DNA from: Terrimicrobiaceae bacterium
GTDB taxonomy: Bacteria; Verrucomicrobiota; Verrucomicrobiia; Chthoniobacterales; Terrimicrobiaceae
NCBI GenBank assembly: GCA_041752695.1
Contig: JBGSVZ010000062.1
Coordinates: forward strand, 32,001-96,000
Direction: 5' to 3'
Length of the DNA stretch: 64,000 nt
The translations under genes were made by a program, and so were the position numbers. This document shows positions 38,953 to 48,481 of the stretch, one piece after another; position 1 is the first letter of the stretch; each line of letters begins with the position of its first letter. Below the pieces are notes generated by a model that did no database searches, was not told the origin of the DNA, and saw nothing but the letters and a program-made list of their open reading frames with translations.

Positions 38953-41258
38953 AAACTTTCCCGGCCTTGATCGCCCGGATCAAACCGCATCTGCTTTGGC
39001 TCACATTGCTGGTGGTGGTCGCCGTTCTCCCGTTGGGCCGGTCACTGCTCTCCACCACGGAGGTGCTCTCGGAGCAAAACACCGACGTGACTCTTCACTT
39101 CCTTTACTCGCGGGCTTTCGGCTTTGAAGAGATGGCGAAGGGTAACCTGCCCTTGTGGAATCCTTATATTTACAGCGGTATTCCCTACCTTGGCCAGTTT
39201 CAGTCGGCGTTGCTTTATCCTCCCAATCTCATTTTTCTGGTCCTGCCGTTGGCGACCGCGATCAACTGGTCTTTCGCCCTTCACCTTTTTTTGCTGGGGG
39301 CGGGGATGTATTTCTGGGCGGTCTTCCGTGGGCTAAAATCGGCGGCGGCTTTTGTGGCTGGGGTGACGGCGATGTTGGGTGGGGCGGTGATGCTGCACAT
39401 TTACGCCGGGCACCTTTCGAATGTGTGTTCGATCGCCTGGATCCCGTTCGTGCTCCTCGGGATTGACGGCTGGCTGAAGCGCCGCCACGCCGGATGGCTG
39501 GCCGTCTCCGCCGCCGCCGTGGCCCTGCAAATCTACGCGGGGCATCCCCAATACTTCTATTATACCGCGTTGGTGGCCGGTTTGTATTCCGTCGTGCACC
39601 TGCCCGGCACGCCGCGCGTGTGGATCGCGGCGCTTGGATTGGCGGCCATTTATCCGGTGGGGGCGATGCTCGCCTCGGCCCAGCTTATTCCCGGGATTAC
39701 CGCGACCTCGGAGGCGGTGCGCAGTGGCGGTGTGGCCTACGAGTTTTCCGCCATGTTTTCCTTCCCTCCGGAAAACTTCCTCACCCTGCTGGCTCCGTGG
39801 GTTTTCGGCGACATGCGTGCGGTGCCGTATTGGGGGCGGTGTTATCTCTGGGAGATGAGTGTGTTCGCGGGCACGGGCATGCTGGTCTTCGCCTGCTTCG
39901 GCGCTGGTCGGAAGTTGGAAAATGGCGGACGCCTCCGTCTGCTCATTGTGCTTGGGTGTGTGGTTGTGCTTGCGCTCGGAATGCACACGCCGCTGCACAA
40001 GATTCTGTATCAGGTCCTCCCTGGATTCAGTTCCTTCCGGGGTTCGTCAAAATTTATCATCTTTGCTGCGCTTTTCCTAGCTCTGTTCGCGGGCCTTGGT
40101 TTCGACCGGCTGCTGCGCAGGGAAAAATTTCCGCGGCTGCTGGGCGCGGCCCTGGCCGTCCTCGGCCTCTTGCTACTGGGCGCGTCGTTTCTGATCACGG
40201 GTGATCGCCTGATGGGATTCGTGAATCTGATCGCGGCGACAAAAGAATCGTATCTCCATCCGGCGGCTTTCGAGCAGGGCACCCTCCTGGCCGCTGCGCA
40301 GGACATGGCGGGGCAATCGCTGCGGGTTTCGGGCGGCCTTTTCCTCGGATTCGCGGCGTTACTTTATGGCACGAATCGCTGGCGTTGGGCGGTGTGGGCG
40401 GTTGGGCTGGCTGCGGTGGCGGAGTTGGTCGTCTTCGCCCGCGGCACGGTGGCGACCTTTCCGTTGGCAGATTTCACGTATCAGCCGGTGGCGGACTTTC
40501 TGAAAAATAACCCGGGCGACTTCCGCACTCTCAATCTTTTCAACGCCGACGCAGCCATGTTGCTGCGCAGTGAAAACATCTGGGGTTACGACCCCGGGGT
40601 GCTTAAACGGTATGCGCAGCTTCTGCACTTGAGCCAGGGCAACGATCCCGAGGCAGCGAACCAATACCTCTCGTTTCGAGCGGCCCACCCCATCCTCGCC
40701 ATGCTGCGGTGCCGGTATGCGTTTGTGCCCAAAGAGGGTGGACAGATCGACGTCACGACCATGGCGGATCCGTTCCCGCGTTTTGCATTGTATTCGCAAT
40801 ACCGTGTCCTGGCGGATTCCAAGGCGGTGCTGGGCGAGTTGAAATCCCCGTGGTTTGACTTGCGCAAGGAAGTCCTGCTCGAAACGGAACCCGTCCCCAA
40901 GCCGGAACACGAAACGCCGCGTCATAACATCCGGGTCGTGGATTCCTCCACCGATCACTGGACGCTCGAAATCGAAACCGACCGCGCGGCGTTGCTGGTC
41001 ATGACCGATTCGTATTCCCAGGATTGGCGCGCGATCGCCCTCCCGGGCAGCGTTCAGTCGAACTACACCCTCCAGCCGGCGAATTACGCCCTGCGGGCCA
41101 TTCCCCTGGCGGCCGGGAAACATGCCCTGCGTCTGGAATACGTGCCGCGCGGATTCCGGGAAGGGATCGCGCTTTCCGTGATCACCCTCCTCGTGGTGGG
41201 TGTGGCTCTTTCCTGGCGGCCGCTTCGGGAACGACTTGATTTCGACAAAACTGCGTGA
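38949..41258 (+). CDS. YfhO-family (GT-C-like) membrane protein
   Basis: LPLWNPYIYSGIPYL, LLYPPN, AGHPQ; C-terminal DSYSQDWRA, ANYALRAIPLAAGKH..RLEYVP. Confidence 0.85.
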   Translation: MKTFPALIARIKPHLLWLTLLVVVAVLPLGRSLLSTTEVLSEQNTDVTLHFLYSRAFGFEEMAKGNLPLWNPYIYSGIPYLGQFQSALLYPPNLIFLVLPLATAINWSFALHLFLLGAGMYFWAVFRGLKSAAAFVAGVTAMLGGAVMLHIYAGHLSNVCSIAWIPFVLLGIDGWLKRRHAGWLAVSAAAVALQIYAGHPQYFYYTALVAGLYSVVHLPGTPRVWIAALGLAAIYPVGAMLASAQLIPGITATSEAVRSGGVAYEFSAMFSFPPENFLTLLAPWVFGDMRAVPYWGRCYLWEMSVFAGTGMLVFACFGAGRKLENGGRLRLLIVLGCVVVLALGMHTPLHKILYQVLPGFSSFRGSSKFIIFAALFLALFAGLGFDRLLRREKFPRLLGAALAVLGLLLLGASFLITGDRLMGFVNLIAATKESYLHPAAFEQGTLLAAAQDMAGQSLRVSGGLFLGFAALLYGTNRWRWAVWAVGLAAVAELVVFARGTVATFPLADFTYQPVADFLKNNPGDFRTLNLFNADAAMLLRSENIWGYDPGVLKRYAQLLHLSQGNDPEAANQYLSFRAAHPILAMLRCRYAFVPKEGGQIDVTTMADPFPRFALYSQYRVLADSKAVLGELKSPWFDLRKEVLLETEPVPKPEHETPRHNIRVVDSSTDHWTLEIETDRAALLVMTDSYSQDWRAIALPGSVQSNYTLQPANYALRAIPLAAGKHALRLEYVPRGFREGIALSVITLLVVGVALSWRPLRERLDFDKTA

Positions 41259-42457
41259 AGACCTCGGACTTTCTGGTCATTGGCGGCGGCATCGTTGGAA
41301 TTTCCGTGGCTCGAGAGTTGAGGCGCCGGTTCGCGGATCAATCCGTCACGGTCCTCGAAAAAGAACAGGACTGCGGACGGCACGCCAGCGGGCGCAACAG
41401 TGGCGTGATCCACGCAGGATTTTATTACACAGCGAACAGCCTGAAGGCGCGCTTCACCCGGCAGGGTAATTTGGCCCTTCGGGAATACTGTGCGAGCCGG
41501 AACATCCCAGTATTGGCCTGTGGCAAACTCGTCGTGGCCCAGCAGGCCGACGACTTGCCGCAGCTGGACGAGCTGCTTCGCCGCGGGGCCGCCAATGGCG
41601 TGCCCCTGCAAAGCCTGACAGCCGAGGAAGCCACCGCCATCGAGCCGCGGGTTAAAACGTTCAAGCGGGCCATCTTTTCGCCCACCACGGCCTCGGCAGA
41701 TCCGCGCAGTGTCATCAGTGCGCTGCGGGCCGATGCCACGGAGGAAGGCGTCGAGTTTCTCACCGGGTGTGCGTATCTGAAACGCAGGGCCGGTGATGTC
41801 CAGACGACAGCCGGAGATTTTTCCTGTGGTCATTTCGTCAATGCCGCCGGGCTTTACGCGGACCGGGTCGCGCGGGATTTCGGGTTTTCCCGGCGCTACC
41901 GAATCCTGCCCTTCAAGGGCCTGTATCTGTACTCCGACGAACCGGCGGGCGCGCTGCGGACCAATATTTATCCGGTGCCCGATTTGCGGAATCCTTTCCT
42001 CGGGGTGCATTTCACCGTGCGTTCCGATGGACACATCAAGATCGGACCGACGGCCATTCCAGCGTTGTGGCGGGAAAACTACGGGGGCTGGGCCAACTTC
42101 AAACCGGCGGAACTGCTCGAAGTGCTTTTCCGGGAGGCGGGGTTGATGATTTCCTCGGATTTTGATTTCAAAAAACTGGCCGTCGAAGAGATCCAAAAAA
42201 TGTCGCGTCACCGGATGGTGAAGCTGGCCTCGCGTCTGGCTTCGGGAGTGAAGGCGGCCGATTACCTCAGGTGGGGTGAACCGGGCATCCGGGCACAGCT
42301 ATTCGACATCGAGACGCGCCGCCTGGTGATGGATTTTCTGATCGAGGGCGACGCGACTTCGACGCATGTGCTGAACGCTGTCTCTCCGGGTTGGACGTGT
42401 GCCATTCCCTTTGCCAGTTACGTGGTGGACGGGATTGTGGACCGGACAGGCGGTTGA
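41255..42457 (+). CDS. lhgO: L-2-hydroxyglutarate oxidase-family FAD oxidoreductase
   Basis: IGGGIVG, HASGRNSGVIHAGFYY, IYPVPD..PFLGVHFT, GIRAQ, HVLNAVSPGWT. Confidence 0.88.
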   Translation: MKTSDFLVIGGGIVGISVARELRRRFADQSVTVLEKEQDCGRHASGRNSGVIHAGFYYTANSLKARFTRQGNLALREYCASRNIPVLACGKLVVAQQADDLPQLDELLRRGAANGVPLQSLTAEEATAIEPRVKTFKRAIFSPTTASADPRSVISALRADATEEGVEFLTGCAYLKRRAGDVQTTAGDFSCGHFVNAAGLYADRVARDFGFSRRYRILPFKGLYLYSDEPAGALRTNIYPVPDLRNPFLGVHFTVRSDGHIKIGPTAIPALWRENYGGWANFKPAELLEVLFREAGLMISSDFDFKKLAVEEIQKMSRHRMVKLASRLASGVKAADYLRWGEPGIRAQLFDIETRRLVMDFLIEGDATSTHVLNAVSPGWTCAIPFASYVVDGIVDRTGG

Positions 42458-42466
42458 GGAATTGGG

Positions 42467-44053
42467 TCAGGGATTTGGGCTAAGCTGATTGATCGAGCTG
42501 AAAGGCGACGGCGTGGTTTTCGCGGGATTCTCCAGAACAAGATAGTTCGCACTTTTCCAGACGACGGGCCACTTTCCGTCCTGGAGCTTTTTGACGAGTA
42601 CATCGACGTTGGGTTCTCCAAACGCCCACTTCTGTTCATTATCACCGACTACGGCATATTTGGCGTTCTCCAGGGATTCATCGAATAGGAAACGCTCCCG
42701 CTTGTTGCCAAAGTCGTAGCCTTGGGTGGGATAGCCATACCAGGTGATGATCTGGAGGTAATTGGCCGTTCGCGCCTTGAGCAGCCACGCCAGGGTATAC
42801 CCGCAGGCGACAAAGTCCTGGTCCGTGGTGCGTTCATTGATCCAGCGGGCCACTTCCTCCACTTCCTCCGTGGATTGTGTCGCCCAATGCTGGGCGCGGG
42901 AGAAAATTTTCCCTTCGAACGAGCGCGGCGCTTCGCGCCAGATGGCGAGGACCGGAAGAATGGCGAGAGAGCCCACGGCCAGTCGCCGCATCGCGGGGTG
43001 CAGGGACTTTCTTTTACGCAGCCAGCCGCGTAACCAGATCAAAAGCGACGCCCAGGCGAGACAGAGCGTCGGCAGAATGACCAGGGCCTGATAATAAAAG
43101 AGGGGAAGGTTCTGGCGGTTTTTCACCTGCATGAAGATGACAAAAGCTCCCACCAAAAGAATGGGGTAGAGGCGACGGCGGGCTGAGACAATCAGGCCTA
43201 GAGCGACGGCGGCATGGAACCAGTCCTGCCGCAGGAAGAACCACAAATTGTCCAGCGCCTTGGCACCCGCCCCATCCGATTCGCCTCGCGAGAAGAAGGT
43301 GAATTTCAGAAGGTTGAGATCGTCGAACAACCACTGGCGGTTTTTAAAAAAAGCGAGAGCGAGCGAGAGACCGATCATCACGCCGGCGGGACCGAGCAGT
43401 GGCACCCAGCTCTTCCAGCGTTTTGCCCGGCAGAGCCATCCGGACAGGGCGGCGTGAAGAAAGAGAGGATGTGCCCCGGCCGCCAATCCCAGGCCGATCC
43501 CGGCTTTCAGGTCGGTGTTCAGCCCGGCGGGACGGAGCAAATAAAGGGTCATCAGCAATATCCCCAAACCCACCAGGTTGTGAGCATAGGTCATCCGGAA
43601 GTGGACGACGCTCTGATCGTAAGTAAGAAACATCAGACAGGCAAAGAGACTGGGGGCCCGACCCAGGGAGCGACGGCCCAAAAAATAGATGGCGAGGGAG
43701 CAGGCCCAGGCGAGCAGAACATTGAAGAAACGTGAACCGAGAATATCGCCGCCGGTGGCCAGTCCAAACAGGCCGGCCAGCAAATGGTAGAAGGGTTGGT
43801 ACGGGTTGTGCGGATGCCAGAAGGTGCCTTCCAACCCATAGAGAGTCATTTTTCCATGGACGAGATCCATGGCCGTTTTGTGGATATTGGTCTCGTCGTT
43901 GTACCAGGGAGGGCTGGTTCTGAGATGTGGCAAATAGAGGGCCGCCCAGACCGCGGTAATGAGGAGAAACGCGAGGAGTGAGGCGTGGCGGCTGCGTTTC
44001 AAGTCACGCAGGAACTTGGCAAGCGGTCCCGCAGATGGGCGATTTGCTGGCAT
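42467..44053 (-). CDS. GT-C (PMT_2/ArnT-like) membrane glycosyltransferase
   Basis: PPWYNDE acidic motif, YQPFYHLL, SRFFNV; many TM segments plus a soluble C-terminal domain; GGAGG 7 nt before ATG 44053. Confidence 0.78.
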   Translation of the reverse strand: MPANRPSAGPLAKFLRDLKRSRHASLLAFLLITAVWAALYLPHLRTSPPWYNDETNIHKTAMDLVHGKMTLYGLEGTFWHPHNPYQPFYHLLAGLFGLATGGDILGSRFFNVLLAWACSLAIYFLGRRSLGRAPSLFACLMFLTYDQSVVHFRMTYAHNLVGLGILLMTLYLLRPAGLNTDLKAGIGLGLAAGAHPLFLHAALSGWLCRAKRWKSWVPLLGPAGVMIGLSLALAFFKNRQWLFDDLNLLKFTFFSRGESDGAGAKALDNLWFFLRQDWFHAAVALGLIVSARRRLYPILLVGAFVIFMQVKNRQNLPLFYYQALVILPTLCLAWASLLIWLRGWLRKRKSLHPAMRRLAVGSLAILPVLAIWREAPRSFEGKIFSRAQHWATQSTEEVEEVARWINERTTDQDFVACGYTLAWLLKARTANYLQIITWYGYPTQGYDFGNKRERFLFDESLENAKYAVVGDNEQKWAFGEPNVDVLVKKLQDGKWPVVWKSANYLVLENPAKTTPSPFSSINQLSPNP

Positions 44054-44187
44054 GGGAGAACCTCCAGTTATCAGAGCACGAACTCCGATCAACCTTGAAA
44101 AACGTGCGGTGTCCCAGAAGTTGGCGCTTGGGCGGACAGGTTCGGGGAACATTGACACCGTTCCTGAGGCACCCCATATCTTCGCGC

Positions 44188-45006
44188 ATGCGGGGCGTTG
44201 TCCTTCTTTTGTTTTTGGCCTTCCTGGGAACCCTGCCCGCGCAAGATCCTGGCGAAGGCTTTGGGCTGGCGGTTCAGCGCAGTCTGGAGCGTTCGCACGC
44301 GCTTTATCCCGACGCTGCGAAGCCGGGGAGTGCCCTGAGCGACGCGATTCTTTGGCGGATTGACTGGCTGAACCGGAACACACCGGGTTTTTTTTCCGAT
44401 GCCGACTGGCCGATGAAGATCGCGGTGGCGGAGGCATCGCGGTTGGGATTACGGGCCCGTCCGGCGTCCGCGCAACGTGCGGCTGCCCAGCCAGTCGAGC
44501 GGCGTTATCTGGGGCTGGTGACCAAAAATTTCAACGAGGCGGGAGTCTCTTTTCGCAAAGGCCAGCAGATCATTCTTGAATCGCTGCGCGACTATAATAA
44601 GCGGGGAGTGACTTTGGTAAACGGTCTACCGGTGGTGCTGTGGCTCGACCACATCAAGCTGGTCCGGGAGATTGTCCCGGGTGAGCCCAACCCGCTATTG
44701 GTGAAAATCGTTTCCGCGCGCTACGGTCTGCCGGGCACGAAGGGATATGTGGTTTCTAGTGCGGTGCAATCCGGTTTGGCGCGCAATGCGGCGGGCTCCG
44801 CGGAAGTTTTAGTTTCGGATGCGCTGCTTCCCCCGGCCGCCGCGCTGAGACTCAACCGCTCGGCCACGGCGAGGGTGGCGGTTGACCCTGTGACCGGAGA
44901 AGCCGTTCCGGTGCTGGCTCCCAAGGTCCTCAGTGTCGTCTACGAGATCGGCGGCGTGGAGCGAACCCGGCAGGCTCAGGAGGGTGAGGCCCTCGTGCTG
45001 GATTGA
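44188..45006 (+). CDS. Secreted hypothetical protein (possible C-terminal DUF3395/SUEL-like domain)
   Basis: Signal peptide MRGVVLLLFLAFLGTLPA; VKIVSARYG...KVLSVVYEIGG..EGEALVL. Confidence 0.65.
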   Translation: MRGVVLLLFLAFLGTLPAQDPGEGFGLAVQRSLERSHALYPDAAKPGSALSDAILWRIDWLNRNTPGFFSDADWPMKIAVAEASRLGLRARPASAQRAAAQPVERRYLGLVTKNFNEAGVSFRKGQQIILESLRDYNKRGVTLVNGLPVVLWLDHIKLVREIVPGEPNPLLVKIVSARYGLPGTKGYVVSSAVQSGLARNAAGSAEVLVSDALLPPAAALRLNRSATARVAVDPVTGEAVPVLAPKVLSVVYEIGGVERTRQAQEGEALVLD

Positions 45007-45053
45007 GTCGGGCTTGCGCTCCTCACCCCGTTCCCGCTAATGGAAGGGCCTGC

Positions 45054-45866
45054 ATGGCAGATCCCGTCATCGAAGTCCGCGACCTTGTTCGCAAGTTTGG
45101 CAATCGCACTGTCCTCAACGGCATCAGTTTCACCGTGGACAAGGGGGACACGATGATCATCATGGGAGGTTCGGGGTGCGGGAAGAGCACCCTCCTGCGT
45201 CACATCATTGGCTCCCTCAAGCCGACCAGTGGCTCGATCAAGATTTTTGGACGCGAGACTTCCGACATGTCACAGGACGAGTTTGAGGCGCTGCGCAAAC
45301 GGTTTGGCATGAATTTCCAATTCGGAGCCCTCCTGCAGTCGCTGACCGTGGGCGAAAATGTGGCGCTTCCGCTGATCGAAAACAGCAACGTGGATCCCGA
45401 GATTGTGGACCTTGTGGTGAAGATGAAACTCGAACTGGTCGGCCTCACGGGTTTCGAGAATCTCAAACCCGCCGAAATCAGCGGCGGGATGCGCAAGCGT
45501 GTGGGCCTGGCCCGGGCGGTGGCCTTGGATCCGGAACTGCTTTTCAGCGACGAACCCACTTCAGGGCTCGATCCCATCATGACCGCGGTGATTGACCAAC
45601 TGACGCATGACCTGACGCGCAAATTACACATGACGGCGGTCGTGGTGACGCATGACATGGTGAGCGCTTTCCGCATCGGCACGAAGATGTTGGTTTTGGG
45701 TGCCGGTAAAAGGGCGGGGACCATTATTGCCATGGGAACGCCGGAGGAGGTGCGCAACCACCCGGATCCCGAAGTGCAGCAATTTATCAAGGGCGAGCCC
45801 GATGGTCCTGTTCCCTTGAAACTCGCGCCCGAGGATTACATCGAGCGGCTGCTCGGCCAGGATTGA
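45054..45866 (+). CDS. ABC transporter ATPase, MlaF/Ttg2A-like
   Basis: GGSGCGKST, RFGMNFQFGALLQSLTVGENVA, ISGGMRKRVGLARA, DEPTSGLDP, VVTHD, DPEVQQFIKGEPDGP. Confidence 0.92.
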   Translation: MADPVIEVRDLVRKFGNRTVLNGISFTVDKGDTMIIMGGSGCGKSTLLRHIIGSLKPTSGSIKIFGRETSDMSQDEFEALRKRFGMNFQFGALLQSLTVGENVALPLIENSNVDPEIVDLVVKMKLELVGLTGFENLKPAEISGGMRKRVGLARAVALDPELLFSDEPTSGLDPIMTAVIDQLTHDLTRKLHMTAVVVTHDMVSAFRIGTKMLVLGAGKRAGTIIAMGTPEEVRNHPDPEVQQFIKGEPDGPVPLKLAPEDYIERLLGQD

Positions 45867-47797
45867 TGCGTGGCTTAGGATTGCGGGCTGGCCTGGCATG
45901 GAAGGAGCTTTCCCCGTCCGGCCGCTGGCGATGGGTCCTGGGGGCGCTGGCGATGGGAATGCTGATCTGGTTGGTGGCGGCGGACAAACCGTGGGACATC
46001 AATCCGGGGCCGCGCGTGAAACTTCGCCATCTGGTGGGCATCTATACGTGGTGGGGCGGCGCGTTTGCGTTTGTGGTGATGGGCGTCCTGGTCGGGCTTT
46101 GCCCGTGGTGGAGTGCGCCGCTGCGCGATGAACCTCGAACTCCGGTCTCCGAACTCCGAACTCCGAAATGGTTCTGGCCGCTGGTCATGGTCGCCATGAT
46201 TTTGACCGCTGGGTTTTCCTTTCCGCGGCTGGGATTTGGTTTGTGGGATGACGAGGAACTGTGCGCGCGCGATTCGTTGGTGGGGCGATTTCGGGTGGAC
46301 GAAAAAAGCGGTGAGCCCCGGTTTGTGCGGCTGAAGTGGGAGGAGACGATCTTTGGCTACGAAACTCCCAACAATCACGTCCTCCACAGTATCTTGTCCC
46401 GGGGGGTTCACCAATTGGTCCTGGCGGCTGGGGGGGGGCGCGCACTGCCTTTCTCGGAAACGGCGCTGCGGTTGCCAGCTTATGGATTTGGCATCTTGAG
46501 TGTCGCCGCCCTGGCCTGGTTTCTCAAGGATGCGGGGTTTGCGGCGGCCGGAGTGGCGGCGGCGTTTTTGCTGGCCCTTCACCCCTGGCATATCCGGTAT
46601 GCCAGCGAGGCGCGGGGCTATAGTCTGATTCTTTTCCTAGTTCCAATTCTCCTGGCCTGTTGGCGGCGCGCCATCACGGGCGGGGATTGGAAATGGTGGG
46701 CGGCGTGGGCGTTCGTGCAGTTCGCCTTGCTCTACACCTATCCGGGAATGCTGTTCCTTCTGGTGGTGCTGAATTTGCTTTCCCTTCCCGCGCTCTGGTT
46801 TTCCCGGAAGGCAGCCGGGCCGTTTCTGGCGCAGAGCGGGCGCTGGTTTTTCGTCAATTCCTGTGTGGCACTGGTGTTGGGGGTATTAATGCTGCCGTTG
46901 ATTCCTCAGGCGCGGGTCTATTTCGATCTGGAAGCCAGTCGCCAGATCGTCCTGGGCTGGTCCTGGGTACGAAGCGCGCTTTCCTTCATGCTCGCGGGCG
47001 TTCCCTGGGCGGGCGCGGGAGAGCATGTTGCTTTGGGAAATCTTGCCCGCGAGTCCCCGTGGTTGCTGAAGGGCTTCGTTGTTGGGACCGTGGCCTTGCT
47101 CGCCTTGGGGGCCGTGCATTTTGCCCGGTGCGGCTTGGTGCACCTTTTTATCACCTTGGCGATTCTGGCGACTCCGGTGATGACGTTTCTGCTCTCTCGG
47201 GCGCGGGGGATGTTGATTTACGAGTCCTACATCCTCTACGCGCTTCCCGGGTTGATTGCCCTCGTGGCGGTGGGGATCCTGCGGCTGTGCCGCGCCTTTC
47301 AGAGTGTTCCCGGCGGACGTGTGCTCGGCGTGGTCGCGGGGCTGGGGTGTTTTGCCGTCTATGGGCTCGCCACGCAAGAGGCCCGGCAGGGAATCGTCTC
47401 CCGACCGCTCCAGCAGATTCCCGAATCCGTGCTGGCCTGCCGCCCGGCATTGGATTATCGCGATCCCCGTCAGAAGGAAATTCTGACGACCAGCTTCTGC
47501 ATACCGCCCTACCTTTATGATGCGCATATGATTCGTGCGGATTCGGCAGACGAGCTCATTGCCCTGCTTTTCCAAGCCGATCGAGAGGGGAAACCCCTTT
47601 TCGTCAATATCGGCATGCCTTGGGCGGCGAGGGAGTACAGCCCTCGGATGTGGGCGATTTTCAACGATGACCGGTTGTTTGGGGAGCGGCGGGAATTCCC
47701 GGGTTTTGATGCCGGGCTTAATCGCATCGTCGCCAGGTACAAAGCGGGCACTGCCGGAAATTTTGACTTCAGTGCCCTGCGCGGGCCAGAACGTTGA
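45866..47797 (+). CDS. GT-C membrane glycosyltransferase, paralog 3
   Basis: ADKPW, WWSAP, PKWFWPL, LWDDE, PNNHVLHS, ALHPWHIRYASEARGY, ESVLACRPALD. Confidence 0.8.
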   Translation: MRGLGLRAGLAWKELSPSGRWRWVLGALAMGMLIWLVAADKPWDINPGPRVKLRHLVGIYTWWGGAFAFVVMGVLVGLCPWWSAPLRDEPRTPVSELRTPKWFWPLVMVAMILTAGFSFPRLGFGLWDDEELCARDSLVGRFRVDEKSGEPRFVRLKWEETIFGYETPNNHVLHSILSRGVHQLVLAAGGGRALPFSETALRLPAYGFGILSVAALAWFLKDAGFAAAGVAAAFLLALHPWHIRYASEARGYSLILFLVPILLACWRRAITGGDWKWWAAWAFVQFALLYTYPGMLFLLVVLNLLSLPALWFSRKAAGPFLAQSGRWFFVNSCVALVLGVLMLPLIPQARVYFDLEASRQIVLGWSWVRSALSFMLAGVPWAGAGEHVALGNLARESPWLLKGFVVGTVALLALGAVHFARCGLVHLFITLAILATPVMTFLLSRARGMLIYESYILYALPGLIALVAVGILRLCRAFQSVPGGRVLGVVAGLGCFAVYGLATQEARQGIVSRPLQQIPESVLACRPALDYRDPRQKEILTTSFCIPPYLYDAHMIRADSADELIALLFQADREGKPLFVNIGMPWAAREYSPRMWAIFNDDRLFGERREFPGFDAGLNRIVARYKAGTAGNFDFSALRGPER

Positions 47798-47823
47798 GGG
47801 CGTGGACGAAGACCGCGTTACCC

Positions 47824-47866
47824 AGAAAAGATACAGGCCGCCGCAACGAATGTTACGACGGCCTGT
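47824..47866 (-). terminator. Rho-independent terminator
   Basis: 15-bp stem with two G-U pairs that form only on the minus strand, followed by a U-rich tail. Confidence 0.75.
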
Positions 47867-47893
47867 TGTTCCCCCCAGAACAATCTTTCAATG
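47824..47893 (-). ncRNA. Candidate small RNA (G-rich loop hairpin plus intrinsic terminator)
   Basis: Minus strand: TTGCGA-16 bp-TAATCT promoter, TTGTTC-TGGGGG-GAACAA hairpin, 15-bp stem ACAGGCCGTCGTAAC/GTTGCGGCGGCCTGT followed by ATCTTTTCT. Confidence 0.45.
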
Positions 47894-47998
47894 CGGTCAG
47901 ATTAACTTTTCTAATGCTTTTCGCAACTGAATTTTTAAGGAGATTGATAATTGTTGCATAAACCAATTGTGATCAATGAGTTGCGACAGAAAAATTTT

Positions 47999-48481
47999 TT
48001 AGAAATCTCCCCAATCGACGCGGTGGGAGAGCATTTTATCGCCCTCGAAGACAAAAAAGCCGCGAAAATTGTGCCCTGCAAGGACGCCAGGCAGCCAGCG
48101 GGCATCATCTTCCCACATTTCGTGGTAGGGAATGTCCGCTACCGCTGTCCACAGAGGGATGGCCTCCGGAGTTTCAATCGCCTCTCCGAGGCAGTCAGGG
48201 GACGTAAATACACTGCAGAGCAGGCTATAGCCGTCCAGGAACTGAAAATGCAATTCGCCCCGGAGGGTGGGGGAGAGGGCTTCCACGCCGAGTTCTTCGC
48301 GGGTTTCCCGCACGGCGGCTTCCACGGGAGTCTCGCCGGGTTCCAGGCGGCCGCCGGGGCCATTGATCTTGCCGGCCCCCAGTCCGCGTTTTTTGCGAAT
48401 GAGAAGGATCTGGTTGTTGCGAATGACAAACAGCAGCGTCGCCCGTTCTTTTGGTTCCCACGTGGCCCAATCGATTTCCAT
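47999..48481 (-). CDS. Nudix 8-oxo-dGTP diphosphatase (MutT/MTH1-like)
   Basis: KKRGLGAGKINGPGGRLEPGETPVEAAVRETREELGV Nudix box; IPYHEMWEDDARW. Confidence 0.92.
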   Translation of the reverse strand: MEIDWATWEPKERATLLFVIRNNQILLIRKKRGLGAGKINGPGGRLEPGETPVEAAVRETREELGVEALSPTLRGELHFQFLDGYSLLCSVFTSPDCLGEAIETPEAIPLWTAVADIPYHEMWEDDARWLPGVLAGHNFRGFFVFEGDKMLSHRVDWGDF

